Shown here: piece after piece, positions 1-55,000 of the stretch
How the letters are laid out: the number at the start of each line of letters is the position of its first letter
How positions within the stretch are numbered: position 1 is the first letter of the stretch
Assembly: GCA_965287045.1 (NCBI GenBank)
Contig: OZ336892.1
Span: 24,490,001 to 24,554,000, forward strand
Source: Carcharhinus amblyrhynchos
Taxonomy: Eukaryota
DNA length: 64,000 nucleotides
Reading direction: 5' to 3'
The notes under the pieces: model-generated
The model's input: only the letters and a program-made list of their open reading frames with translations
Told to the model about the DNA's origin: nothing
Database searches by the model: none
Made by a program: the position numbers and the translations under genes

Positions 1-632
1 GCAATAAGTCCAATATGTATCAGTTTTTTCATGTTTGGAGGTCAGTTTGCATTTGGAAGCAGAATTCTTTCAACAGTTGCTGTCTTAAGCATCACTAAGG
101 GGGTCGTGTTGTTTATCGACTTCGCTGAAAGACAATCGCTTGCTAGTCAACATCTCCTATCCTATCGTGTGTGCATCCCTCATTTCCTCTTTTACCTTTA
201 TTTTAAAGGACACATGGGAATATCCATACAGAGTCCAACAGTAATGGTTCTATGAAAGAAGCCTGAGAAGCACAATATTTTCCTGTTGGAAGTATTGAAA
301 GGAAGCTTGCAGAATTGATTTTTAATTGCACAACTGAGTAGGTAGATGGTTCAATGCCAGTAAAAATTCAAACCCTATCAATCCATCCACTTGTTTGACA
401 TGCTCTGAAGGTACTTATCCCTCTTTTTGACATGCTTTAATTTAACCAGGTACAATTCCTGGAACAGGACCGTTAACTCCAATTACCTTGTCATTTTCAT
501 ACAAGCACCACTACAGGGGCAGCTGGATTTTCTATCAGCAGCCAGCTGGTCAGAACTGACTGCATTTCAGCAGGCATAAGTGTCACATTTTATGAGGGAT
601 ACTTACCAACCAGTTCTGGTCATGTTAATCAT

Positions 633-697
633 TTTATTGCATTCTGAAATTCACAACAAATTCCACTTGTAATTATAAAAATTATTTAAGCTTTAAT
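633..697 (-). terminator. Candidate PRPF8 polyadenylation signals (AATAAA at 633-638, ATTAAA at 692-697)
   Basis: Hexamers on the minus strand about 250-315 nt after the stop codon; usage not demonstrated. Confidence 0.45.
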
Positions 698-948
698 CCC
701 TTCTACAGTGCACACTGCACAACAGAAAATTACAGATACACTAAACGTTTAAAACTGTTCCGTTCTCATGTATAGATGCCACAGTTGCAGGCAATTATTT
801 AACACAAAGCTATTATGTTGCACAGGTATCGCACAAAATTTGGTGTTGACGTATACTACAGACAAATTAAAAGACCATAAACTGAATTTAAATCCATTTG
901 TTGAATATCAACAGTACAGAAGTTCCATTGTAAGTTTCTCTTTGTTTT

Positions 949-43558
<42,610 letters not shown>

Positions 43559-44674
43559 GTTTGTAGATCCTGAGGAAAAAGACAGATTTCATTTAATTAT
43601 CTACAAATCCATGTGAAAAATTATAATGTCCAGATGGATTAACGCGAGTTTCTAATTTTGTCAAGTTGTTATAAATGAGGTCGTTCCTAATTAAAATGAT
43701 TTGGCCGATATCCATTCAACATCCATACATTTGATTGCCTAAAGGTTTAAAAATGTTCTGTAAATACGTTAACTGGAGTAATAAAATGATTGCTGCATGA
43801 GATGCAATGTGCGTTGATGCAAGTATAGTCCTTAGTCCTGACTTTTATTCCAAACCAGTGGCAACATAAAGAACAATGTGAATTAAACTGGTTCAGATTA
43901 AACGTCAACATAGTGACATCCAGTTCATTTCATCCAAATCAGGTTGGCAATCCACCACACACAAACTGTAACTGCAGATCTAAGGGTCTGCAAAATTTAT
44001 AATTACAACAAAAAGAATTCTTCTGACACATTAAGTTTCTTCCTAGACAAATGCAGAGTATAGTAGAAGTTCTGATTTTCTTTTTACTCAGCCATGAATA
44101 TGTAACACATGCTTTAATAATTTTCTGAACACCTATATTTGCAATTGCTAACACTTGAAATATGTTTTAAAATATTCTTCTCATGTTTTTGAGTGTGCAA
44201 ATTGAAGTTTTGAATAATATTTTAGAAAAAAAGGTAATCGGCATTTTATATGTAACACTCAGATTTCAAGTTACATCTAGTTCAGTTGCTTGTATTTTGA
44301 CATGAGCCAAAAGGTTTGACTTCCAAAATAGAATGGGAGTTCTTAAACTCCTCTGACAGTAGTGCAAAATTCCAGTGTGCTGCACTGTCCCTAAAGCTGG
44401 GGAAAATATCACACCCAAAACAATTCGAAGAAACAGGTACAGTTCTTTTGGTGCCTGGACAACAGATCCCTATCCACCAATGTGTCCAAAAAAAGTGAAC
44501 TGGTCATTCATATAACTGCTATTTGTTTTAACATTTTTGAGCGGAATGGCTGATCCATTTGTTTACATAACATACACTCCAAAGAATTGGTTTTATATAT
44601 GACTTTTCAATATTGTACAGTGGTATCTAAAGCTAATAGATAGCAGCTAGATTATTTTGCCCAGCGCCCCCAAA

Positions 44675-44972
44675 AGCAGCACTGCTGCCTCACAGCACCT
44701 GAGACCCAGGTTTGATCCTGGCTCGGGTCATTGTCAGTGTGGAGGTTGCACATTCTCTCTGTGTCTGCTATGGTTTCCTCCCAGTGCTCCGTTTCCTCCC
44801 ACACTCCAAAGATGTATGGATTAGGTAGATTGGCAATGCTAAACTGCCCCTTAGTGTCGGGGGACTAGCTGGCATAAACATGTGGGGTTACAGGATAGGG
44901 CCTGGGTGGGATTGTGATTGGTGCACACTCTGATGGGCCAAATGGCCTCCTTCTGCACTGTAGGATTCAATT
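44675..44972 (+). mobile_element. HE1-type tRNA-derived SINE
   Basis: agcactgctgcctcacagc...ggtttcctcc...gctaaactgccccttagtgtc...gggccaaatggcctccttctgcactgtagg. Confidence 0.85.
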
Positions 44973-45429
44973 CTAAGTATGTGCATCAAAACCCAAGCTG
45001 TGCTTACTGAAATGTTAATTCTGCTTCTTTCTTTACAAACACTGCCTGAATATTTCCAGCATTTTCTGTTATTTCAGATTTCTAACATCTGCAGTATTGT
45101 GTTATTAACTCACACCGAGGGAAAAATTTCTTTCCATTTTCCACCAAGTAAAACATTCATACCAAAAATCCCACTGCTATCACCTTTACATGGTTGCAAG
45201 TTTTTCCATGCCATGCATCAGTGATTTAAAACCACAAACTCACTAAGAGCCCAGTGTAACCCTGACAGTTGAAAATTTTCAGTACGCTAGAGGCATTGGA
45301 GGAGCAATTGTCTTGTGTTGTTATTCTACATCTTCCTAACATTCAGAAGACACGGTAAAATTTTCAGCCATATCAGGGGGAGGTTTTATAATGTAAGGAC
45401 TTGGTTCAATTTTACTTAGAATCCCGACG

Positions 45430-45608
45430 TTGTAGAAGGAGACCATTCAGCCCATCGAGTTTGCACCAACATTTACCCAGGTTTACCTTGTAACCCCGCT
45501 AATCTTGGGGGATTTAGCATTAGCAATTTAGCATCGCCAATCCATTTAATCTGCACAATTTGGGGCTGCGGACGGAAACTGGGAACACCCGGAGGAAAGA
45601 ATGTGCAA
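45430..45608 (-). mobile_element. HE1-type SINE fragment
   Basis: agaaggagaccattcagcccatcgag...atttagcatcgccaatcc...ggaaactgggaacacccggaggaaa. Confidence 0.75.
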
Positions 45609-45779
45609 GTGATGCAAGGAAAAAGAGAACAAAAGGGGGTGGGGGTTAAGGACTAAACAACTGCACCTCTCTCTCTAGCTCCCCCAGAGTTGGCAGTGAG
45701 ATCCTGGAGCTGCTCGAGACCCTTTCTGCAGGAACTCCTACAATGCAAACCAACTAGGCCGCAACCCAAGCCCAGCTAA

Positions 45780-46090
45780 AAGATGGGCCACGCTCGCCCT
45801 CCATTCACTTCAACCCACCCATCCCGCGGACCCAACTCACAGAATAAACGGCGATCGGCCCACTCAAACCCACCGGTGCGGTGAGAAGCCAAGCAGCTGT
45901 TTATTCCCTCATCCGCCACTAGGCCTCAGGCTCCACTCACTCCGCCCGCCCGCGAGCGAGGCTGCAACGCACGGCACCCGGATGCCCAGGGGCGGGACTT
46001 CCGGCGACACAAGCGCACCTTTCCATTGGCCCACTGTTCCTGATTGACAGCCGTTCCATCCAATCAGAATGCGGCAGCCTCGACCCCACC
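45780..46090. promoter_or_regulatory. CpG-rich PRPF8 promoter and non-coding exon 1, possibly bidirectional
   Basis: Only non-repeat CpG-dense patch in the window. GC box GGGGCGGGA 45989-45997, ETS/GABP motif ACTTCCGG 45997-46004, CCAAT boxes at 46025-46029 (ATTGG) and 46060-46064, and minus-strand GTGAGT donors at 45840 and 45940. Confidence 0.8.
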
Positions 46091-46307
46091 AAGTCACACC
46101 AGTGCTGAGGGAAAACACATCACATTTCTCCAAAAAAACAAGTATTTTTTACAAGTGAAGTTTGCAATAGATCTGCCAGCGTCTGAAATATTTAAAAAAA
46201 AACAAGCCACTGATTCACAGTTAGACATTCTTTGCCAACATTTGGTGATAAGCTATTCAGCTAAATTTCGTGCATCTTTGTGTCTGTCGAAGGAAATTGG
46301 CATTTTC

Positions 46308-46648
46308 GTAGAATCCCTACAGTGCAGAAAGAGGCCATTTGGCCCATCAAGTATGCACCAATTTGCCAACAGAGCATCTCATCTAGTCTTGCCCTATCCC
46401 AGTAACCCCATACATTTACACCCTAATTCCATCTGACCTACACATCTTGGGACACTAAGGGGCAATTTAGCCTGGCCAATCCACCTAACCTGCACATCTT
46501 TGGACTGTGGGAGGAAACCGGAGCACCTGGAGGAAACACAAGGAGATTGTGCAAGATCCACACACACTGTCACCAAAGACTGGAATTGAACCCAATTCAA
46601 TTCTTGGTGCTGTGAGACAGCAGTGCTAACCATAACACTGCCACCATA
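46308..46648 (-). mobile_element. HE1-type SINE, near full length
   Basis: tagaatccctacagtgcag...gacactaaggggcaatttagc...gctgtgagacagcagtgctaacc. Confidence 0.87.
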
Positions 46649-47344
46649 ACAAAAAAAAACCCCAAGTTGCTTCACATGGGTACAATCAACGTTTAGTCAA
46701 AGAAGGTTGTGTTAGCAGGGTTGGCCAAAACCCTGATGAAAGTGGTGGGTCATTAATATTGGGTCTTGAGTAAAGAGAAGTGAAGAGGTTCAAGGAGAGC
46801 ATGCTAGAGTGTAGCAGATGAATAGCTGAAAGCACAAGCGCCTTTGTTGGGTCCAAGGGTAGAGCAATGCGCAAAAGTCCAGAATCAAAGGAGTAGGAAT
46901 TCTAGGGAATTTGTCGGACCGGAAGAGGTTACAGAGAATGAAATGGGCAAAGTGGGGATGAGCTTTGATGAGAACTTTATGCATTGAAGGACGCTGTTTG
47001 ATTGGCAAATGGAAGCAGAGTTTCGCATGAGGTGAAGTTTACTGAGACTGAAGAATAGGAGGCTACTCCGGAGAGCCATAACAACAGCTCACATACTATA
47101 TTTATCTTAGGAAGCTTAATACAACAAAGTTTACACTGGAACAAAGAAGAGGGAAGAATTAGAATTCCTAACTAAAACCTTGGCTAAAGAGGGTCTTCAA
47201 AGACAAGTGAGGTGGAGTCGTGGAGGGGTAGGAAGGGACAGAAAAGTCTTAAGTTTATGTTGGATGGACGATGGTAAGCCAGCCAAGTGACCAGTGACAT
47301 GAAAACAAATAACGCTGGGAATGCTAAATGCTCATGGAGGTAAC

Positions 47345-47645
47345 TGGTAGTACAGTGGTTAGCACTGCTGCCTCACAAAGTCAGGAACACGGTTTCAATT
47401 CCAGCCTCAGGTCACTGTCTGTGTGGAGTTCTGTGTGTTCTCCATGGGTCTGCTTGGGTTTCCTCTGGGTGCTCTGGTTTCCCCCACAGTCCAAAGGTAT
47501 GTGGATTAGGTGAATTGGCCATGCTAAATTGCCCCTTAGTGTCAGGCTAGTGTAAATACATGGGGATAAGCCTGGGTGGGATTATGGTCAGTGCAGATGT
47601 GATGGGCCAAATGGCCTTGTTCTGTACTGTAGAGATTCTATGATG
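47345..47645 (+). mobile_element. HE1-type SINE, near full length
   Basis: acagtggttagcactgctgcctcac...ggccatgctaaattgccccttagtgtc...gattctatgat. Confidence 0.87.
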
Positions 47646-48774
47646 AATTTTTAAAAATCAAAACTACATTTCCACAATGAAGTAATAAGAATGGCAGAAG
47701 CGTAAAAGTAGATAGTTGGAAATATAGCAAACTTTACACAGGTGGAGAACGAGATGCCTTTTGTATTTGGTATTTCATTAACTTGCTGGAGAAATGTAGA
47801 GGGTCATCTGACTTGGAAGAAGTTGATGGCTGGAATGGGTGCTAAAATTGAAAACAAAAATCCATTTGCCAACGTAGATACATATAAATGTTCAAAAATA
47901 TATAATGTAAGTAAAAAATGTGATGAATGAGTGATGTAATATCTTTATCGAAACTTATAGCTCTCAGTTCCATTATTTTCATCTTTCGTTTTAGTAACAA
48001 AGCATAATGCAGACTTGAACCTATTGAATCAAGGAATTACCTTAAGATGATTTATTGTCATCATGTACATATCTACAAACGTATTATTAATGTTGCCTGA
48101 AACCACAGCCAAGCCTAAACTAAACTGTTCAGTTTGCCAACTGTTATCTGATAACGGGAGTTATATTGTTAGAAGAAACAAATATCTAGGTTTATTAAAT
48201 ATTCAATTCAAGTTTATTTGAACTTCCAGGAAAATGCAATCGATTAAGTGGGTAGTCCTGTGTGGTATCGCTTTAACATTAAAATTATGGTACTTTGATC
48301 CGGTGCAAATCCAGAAAGAGTCTTGCTTAGAAGAACCTGATGATACTTATGGAAAATCTGGGGACTTGCAGCACATTTGTTAGGTTTAACTGCTCATCTG
48401 GTTCAGTCTCTCCTCTCACACAGAGCAAAATTCCCTTCAGCATGCATCATTTCTAATCTCCTTTAAAAACAGCGACTGTTGCAAGGCTTCAGGTTAAAGG
48501 GCTCATTGCAATGAACCACTTTGGGCACTAAGTGTCTGAATTAAGATTCTTTTTGAAGGGGTCACTCAGACAGATTTACACAGTGCTTCCAACAACAAAC
48601 AAAATGAGTTACAAATACCCTCCCGAGAGGAGGGCATTTTTTTTCCAGCATGTATCATCTCATAGCAACAAAGGAAATTGATCACAGTTTACTGAGAATC
48701 CTGTTGAATATCTTATGACTACCTAAATAACAGGTGTTATTGTGAAGATCCTGCAAGACCTCAGCCACTGCTGA

Positions 48775-49062
48775 ATGGGGAATAGTTGCTCGTGTACCCA
48801 CACTACTGTAACTCAAATTCACTTCTTGCAAGGTGATGGCTCTCCACCCTCGCAAAGAGAATATAAAGACCAGATACAGGTGGAAGTGAAAGCAGGGGGC
48901 AAACATGAAGTGGCAGAAGTAAAAGAACAATATGAAAAATGGAATATGCTCGCTGGAGAAGTCAAAGCACTACTCGACATTCGTCCAAGAGAAGGCAACG
49001 TGGAGGAGCTAATGTATCAACTGAATGAAACCTTTAAAGCTGACAGCCTGGTCATGACATCG
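48775..49062 (+). CDS. Calpain-like gene coding exon 1 (96-aa N-terminal extension)
   Basis: Acceptor aacag| at 48733, true ATG at 48775, MGNSCSC...LVMTS, phase-0 donor TCG|gtaatc compatible with the next exon. The link to the calpain exons is inferred. Confidence 0.72.
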
Positions 49063-52000
49063 GTAATCAGATTTATGTGTTATATATATTGCATACTGCC
49101 AAGCACTTTGATAAGCATGGGTCTGCTGCTTTTGTCAATTTACTTATAATTTGTGCCCGAAATATTTTACTGAAATCTTCATTAGTAGCTCATTATTTTA
49201 ATTGCATTGTACAATTTAGATGAAAAAAATCTTAAATGTATGTTTTTAAAAAAATTGAAGTTGGAGACTGGAATCTAAAATTCCTTGCCATTATAGTGTT
49301 AAGTGGGCTGCACCTTCCAGATTCCTTAATATTTACAAATCTGTAATGAGATTGGACTGCAGTATTTGCTTTGGCCCCATGTTGTGTTAGGAGCATCTAT
49401 TTAATACTCAGAACATCACATTCTTCGTAGTATCTTTAGAAAGTGAAATGTAATTGTACATTAATGTTCAGATTCAAGGGAATTCTGATGGAGATGGTGC
49501 TATTTTTACAATGTGCTATCTTTGTCATGTATCTGAATTTCAGAATCTTGTGAAAGAATACTTTTATGCCTTTGATTATAATATATAATTAAACAAGTGT
49601 TTATCTAACATTTCAGGCCCCACTTTATCTGTGCACTGATATTTGTGGGAAGTAGTACTATAGTACTCAAAGTATTAAAATAAGGCTGTTGCTTAGTAAC
49701 TAGTTCGATATTTTTCATTATGTCAGTTTGTTTAGCTTGTAAAAATGCTACATTTTAATCCTTTCTGTCAGACCAATAGGGATGTTGATTGTTGCTTGGC
49801 AAATTAAGGGACCAAATGTGAATGACAATTTTGTATACAATTAAAAGGAGTCAAAACTGTTTTAACAAAAAAGATGATGTGATTAATGGGCATTATAGAC
49901 TCTGTCCAATTAAGTATTTTATGTAATTAGGTGGGGAGAACTGTCTAAACATATCTTTCATCAGTCATACTGCAATTTACAAATAATTGTCATTTCGTGC
50001 ATGTTTGACTTTTAACATGCTGGATATCAGCATTAGTATTCATTTTGGATCAATTCTGCTGCTGAATTCCTTTTTAATTAGGCTTTTCTTCCTGCACTAC
50101 AAAGTTCAAGACAAAAGTTTGACCATCTAATTCTATATTTTACTCTAAAACTGCCACCAACAGTAGTAGATGTCACACTGCAGACAACATAATCCCACTA
50201 AATATAGAAACATACGAAATAGGTGCAGGAGTAAGCCATTCGGCCCTTCAAGCCTGGACCACCATTCAATATGGTCATGGCTGATCATGCACTTTGCGTA
50301 TCCCACTCCTGCTTCTCCATACTTCTTGATCCCTTTAGCCGCAAGGGCCATGTCTGGTGTCTTCTCGAACATATCTAATGCATAATAACTATGTAGTTAT
50401 ACTCTCCATCTGTGGGAATGGTAGCATGTGCTCAAAATCTAGAAAGCAGGACTTGCACTGGCAAGTTCCTGCTTTTTCCTCTGGGATTTTGCAGATTGGA
50501 GCTTGAATGGGATGATTGGCAGGTATGGTCTTACACTGAATATTCAAGCACAGATGCTGCTTTTTGAGTTAAGAGAGAGCAGCGTCTCTCTCTTCTTGCC
50601 TTCGAAGTTGGAGACTGGAATCAGCCAGAAGATAAATTTCTTTCTTGGAAATTCTGCTGTCTGAGAGCTGCTGTTTTGAAAATTGCTGTCTGATCTCTAT
50701 TAAAAAGCTGAAAATCCAGCATCATGTGAGCATGCTTATTTTTGTGCTAACTAATTCTTAAGAAGAGTGTATGTCCTGTAACCAAGACATCGTCCAGGCA
50801 CACTACTACCTGAGGTAACCCTTGGAGTATGTAAATCATGCCGTTAATATTCAAATCCATCCCACCGGCAAAACAGCGCCAGTAACTCTGCACACGGCAT
50901 GAAACTGATCACAAACCCGATTTCTGGCCTTGTATGCAATCCTATCGGTTCGCTGTGCTGATCGACTGGCACAGCAAGCTGGTAAGATTGTAGCCAAAAT
51001 TGGCGTGAGTGGAGCCAATTTGTTTTAAACCTCCCCCTGCACCTTCCCTATTGGGCAAGCCTCCAATCGCCTAATAGGGGAGCTTGTGTTCAATGTGGCT
51101 CATGGGGAGATCTATTGATGATCCTCCGTGGTCCTCTTAACAAACTCCCAACATCTTATCAACCCCAGCTCTCCACATATCCTGCCACTGGCTCGAGCAG
51201 AAAATCCAACCCCATCTTTCAGGTTAATAGCCTTTCAATTGCACAGCCTTTCCTGCTTTTTGTTCTTATTTCAGATTTTCAGCAGCCACAATATTTCACT
51301 TTTGGTATAGTTAGAGGAGGAATGCTGTTTGAGTACGTGATCTGTTAGATCATTAATATTACCAGCAGTCATTCCTAGCTTGTAATATTTACATGATACA
51401 TATTATTTTTAATACACAGAAAAAGATATTATTCCATCGTAACCGTCAGACCTATTTTATTTTTATTCAGAACTATCAGAAAATTATAGAAGAGCTTGAG
51501 CTGACTGGTAAACTCTGGGAAGACCCCGAATTTCTCCCTGAACCTTCATCATTAACTTATGAGGACATAGCCCCAGAAGGAATCAAATGGATGCGCACCT
51601 TGGTAACTGCAATGATTACATACCGATCAGCCTTAGATATAGCTTGCTCCACTTGAAACAAACAACTATCCTAAACTATTCTGGAAGCTTAAGTATCTAT
51701 CGAGGATAAAATGATTGGGAATATATGCCACAGCATGAAAGGTAGATATTGTGAAAAAATGTAAGGATAGAAATTTGTTTTGGATAAACGTGCAGGTTAG
51801 GTGGATTGGCCATGCTAAATTGCCCCTTACTGTTGGGGGACTAGCTAGAGTAAATGCATCGGGTTGTGGAGGTGGGGCTTGGGTGGGATTGTGGTTGCTG
51901 CAGATCGATGGGTCGAATGGCCTCCTTCTGCACTGTTGGGATTCTATGATTCTATAGATTCTATGATAATAGAGCAAAACAAGCAGTTATTATACAACAG

Positions 52001-55000
52001 CTCCCACATCCACTATATATATAGTTCCTTTAATAGTGGAAAATATCAGGAGGTGAGGACTAAAATCAGGAGACGCATTGCAGATTAAAAATTATTGCCC
52101 ATGACTAATTTTGACTCTGTACTCTCTTACAAATGATTTAAGGCATTATTTCCCATGGACAATTTCAATGAGAAACAAGCAGCTCCAGCACAGCAGGCAG
52201 CACTTGCTGTAGTTTTACTTTAGTTTCTTAAAGCTGTCAGGGATAAGTGACAGATTGTAACATAATCCAATAAGAGGAAAACCGAAAATGCTGGAACTTC
52301 ACATTGAGTCAGCCAATCTGCAAAAGAGAAAAGATAGGTTAGCATTTCAGGTGTGTTAATGAGAGTATATTTCAAGAAACATTTCCTTAAATCAAGATTC
52401 ATTGATGTATAAAGCTATCTGCCTAAAATCTTAAGGCTACCATCCCTTCTCCACAGATGATGGCTGATCTATGACCATTTCCAGCATTTTCTCTTCAAAT
52501 TCACATATATTTACTTAATAGCTGTGCTTTCAATGAATTTCCTTAAAATCTGAGCTGATCTGTGTGTTTTTTTTTGTAAGCTATGTGTCATGAGGAATTT
52601 TGTATTGAAGATGGTGTGCAAATTGAATAAACAATTAAAGAGGAAAGAATTTACAGGGCTTATGGGAAAAGGGCAAGGGAATGGCATCAAATAAGTAGTT
52701 CCACCAAAGAACTGGAACAGCTGTGATGGGCCGAATGGCGTCTTTTGTGCAGTTTTGCTACATGATTCCATGAAATGCAAGTTGTTGATTAGAGTTGAAA
52801 TGGTGAACAGGAGAAGAATACTCCTCTTTGTAAATTATTTATTTCTTTGTTCTTAGGATCTGCATGAAAATGCTTTCTTTGTAACAGATGGGGTTAGCAA
52901 AAGTGACATTATCCAGGGAGAGTTGGGAGACTGCTGGTTCTGGGCCTCCGTGGCTACAATAGCCAATTCCAGAAGACTGATTGAGTGGGTTATTCCAACT
53001 GGTGAGAATTTATATTTTTAAAATTGAGATTTCAGGCTACCATACTAAAGTTTTCTGTTCACAATGTTTAAAACAAAATATAGAGAAGCTTAAGCTTTGC
53101 AGATCTGTAGAGACATAATGAGTAACTTGACCTGATAAATTATTGCAAAGGGAGCCTTGTCGTATGATTCTGCTTGCCATGATGTTAGAATTTTCAATGC
53201 TTATGTAACAAAATGCTGTAATATTTTCCCACTTAAGTCTCACCCAGGGTACACTGCACTTATATTCAGTGTCACTGACCTCTGATAATGGAACAAATCA
53301 AATTTAATTTTCAATGCGTGGGATCTAGGATTCTTACTAACATTTTGGAGATCACATCCCATGATTCCATCCACATTAACCATGCATATCTATAAACTTT
53401 GGGGACTTTTAAAAACAGAGTCGCCCTTTGGGATGCAGCTAGAGGCTTTTAGATAGTCTTTGGAATTGAATAAACTTCACATTCAAGTCAATCTTGACAT
53501 TTAGCTTATGATGTCTCCTGGGCTAGGTTTCAGCCTTGTTTTTCAACTCAAAAAACTATTACATTTTCCAATTGCGGTTCAAATATGAATCTTATAACAC
53601 TCCTTTATCTCTGCAGTATTTTTAATTAAAATTTTAATTCATTTTAAAGCCTGTTTTAAAATAGCACATATCGGAAATTAATAGTGAAACACCAAGGGTT
53701 GAATGTTTTGGACTCTTTGGAACATCGGGAAGGCAGGGGGGCTGGCAGAATTGAAGCAGAAGATGTTGGAAGAAGAGACTGATGTTTTCTTGCCAATGTG
53801 ATATTTTATTGGAAAAGAAGAAAGTTTGAATAGTCACCGTGCGGCCAATTGAACCACTTAAGCGCAAACTGGCAGCCTTCCCAGAGGCTCTGGAGGGGTA
53901 GGGTGGGGGCCTGTCTTTTTGGGCAATCTAGGGCTTACAAAAGGGCTCCCAGGGCAATGACTAACCTGACAGCAACAGCATTGCCAATACTTCACAACCT
54001 ATTCCCCCATCCCCAATCACATGGGCCTGACTGCCTGGTTCAGCTTCCTCCCGCACAGCTTCAACACTCTTTAAGAGTGCCTGACAATTGAGGCATCCTT
54101 TTCCTGTATTGTTGCCTCCATCTGATTGGTCCAACAGCTCCCGAGGTGGGTTGCCATCCTTAATTAGTTGGTGGCCCAGCCAACGTCTGTTCATTGGCTG
54201 TCTCTGGCAAAATGTCAGCATGGGTCCTGCCGCCTGCTGAAGTGTGATTGTTTCTCACTTTCAGCTTTGGCAATGGGACTTGCTGGCAATCAGCAATCTG
54301 ATGATATTGCCTTGAAAAGATGGTGGTGGATGTTCTTGAATTGCTGTTGTGTTAATGTTGTTAATGGGGAATCCCAGTGTTTGATTCAGCAACAATGAAA
54401 TAATGGCAAAGTTGCTTAGAAAGGAACTAGACATTGATGGTGTTCCCTTTACATGCATATCTTTGTCTTCCTCTGGGGCAGGTGACATGGAGCTAGGAAA
54501 TGCTGTTGAACTAAACTTGCAATGTTGCTGCAAAGCATTTTGTAATGAATGCAAAACAGTGGTAGAGAAAGTTTTGGTAGGAGCACCAATCAAGAATACT
54601 GTATTCACCTGGACTTTGTTAGTTGCTGCTTTTGGTTTATACCATTGGTAGGATTTTGCGGTCCTACCTGCTGCAAGACCGAAAATATTTATCTGAGGTT
54701 AACAGATCTTTCAATAGTTCATCAAATTGTCTGTCCTGCCCCCAGTGATTTCTGTGGCGGGGTGGAGGGGGGCTGGTTTGTAATGGAGATGTGAGTGATC
54801 CACCTGGCTATGATGGTGCATGATTTCAAAATTGATCGCCCACTGTTCCACATGGATTCCCAGCGTTCTAATGTTAGACTTGTACTTAATCTATCCCATT
54901 AGCAATGAAGTGGAACCACACTATGCAATGGAGGGTGGCAAATTAAGGATGTCAAAATTCAGGAAATGCATCCAACACAGCTAGCAGAGGGAAGAAAATG

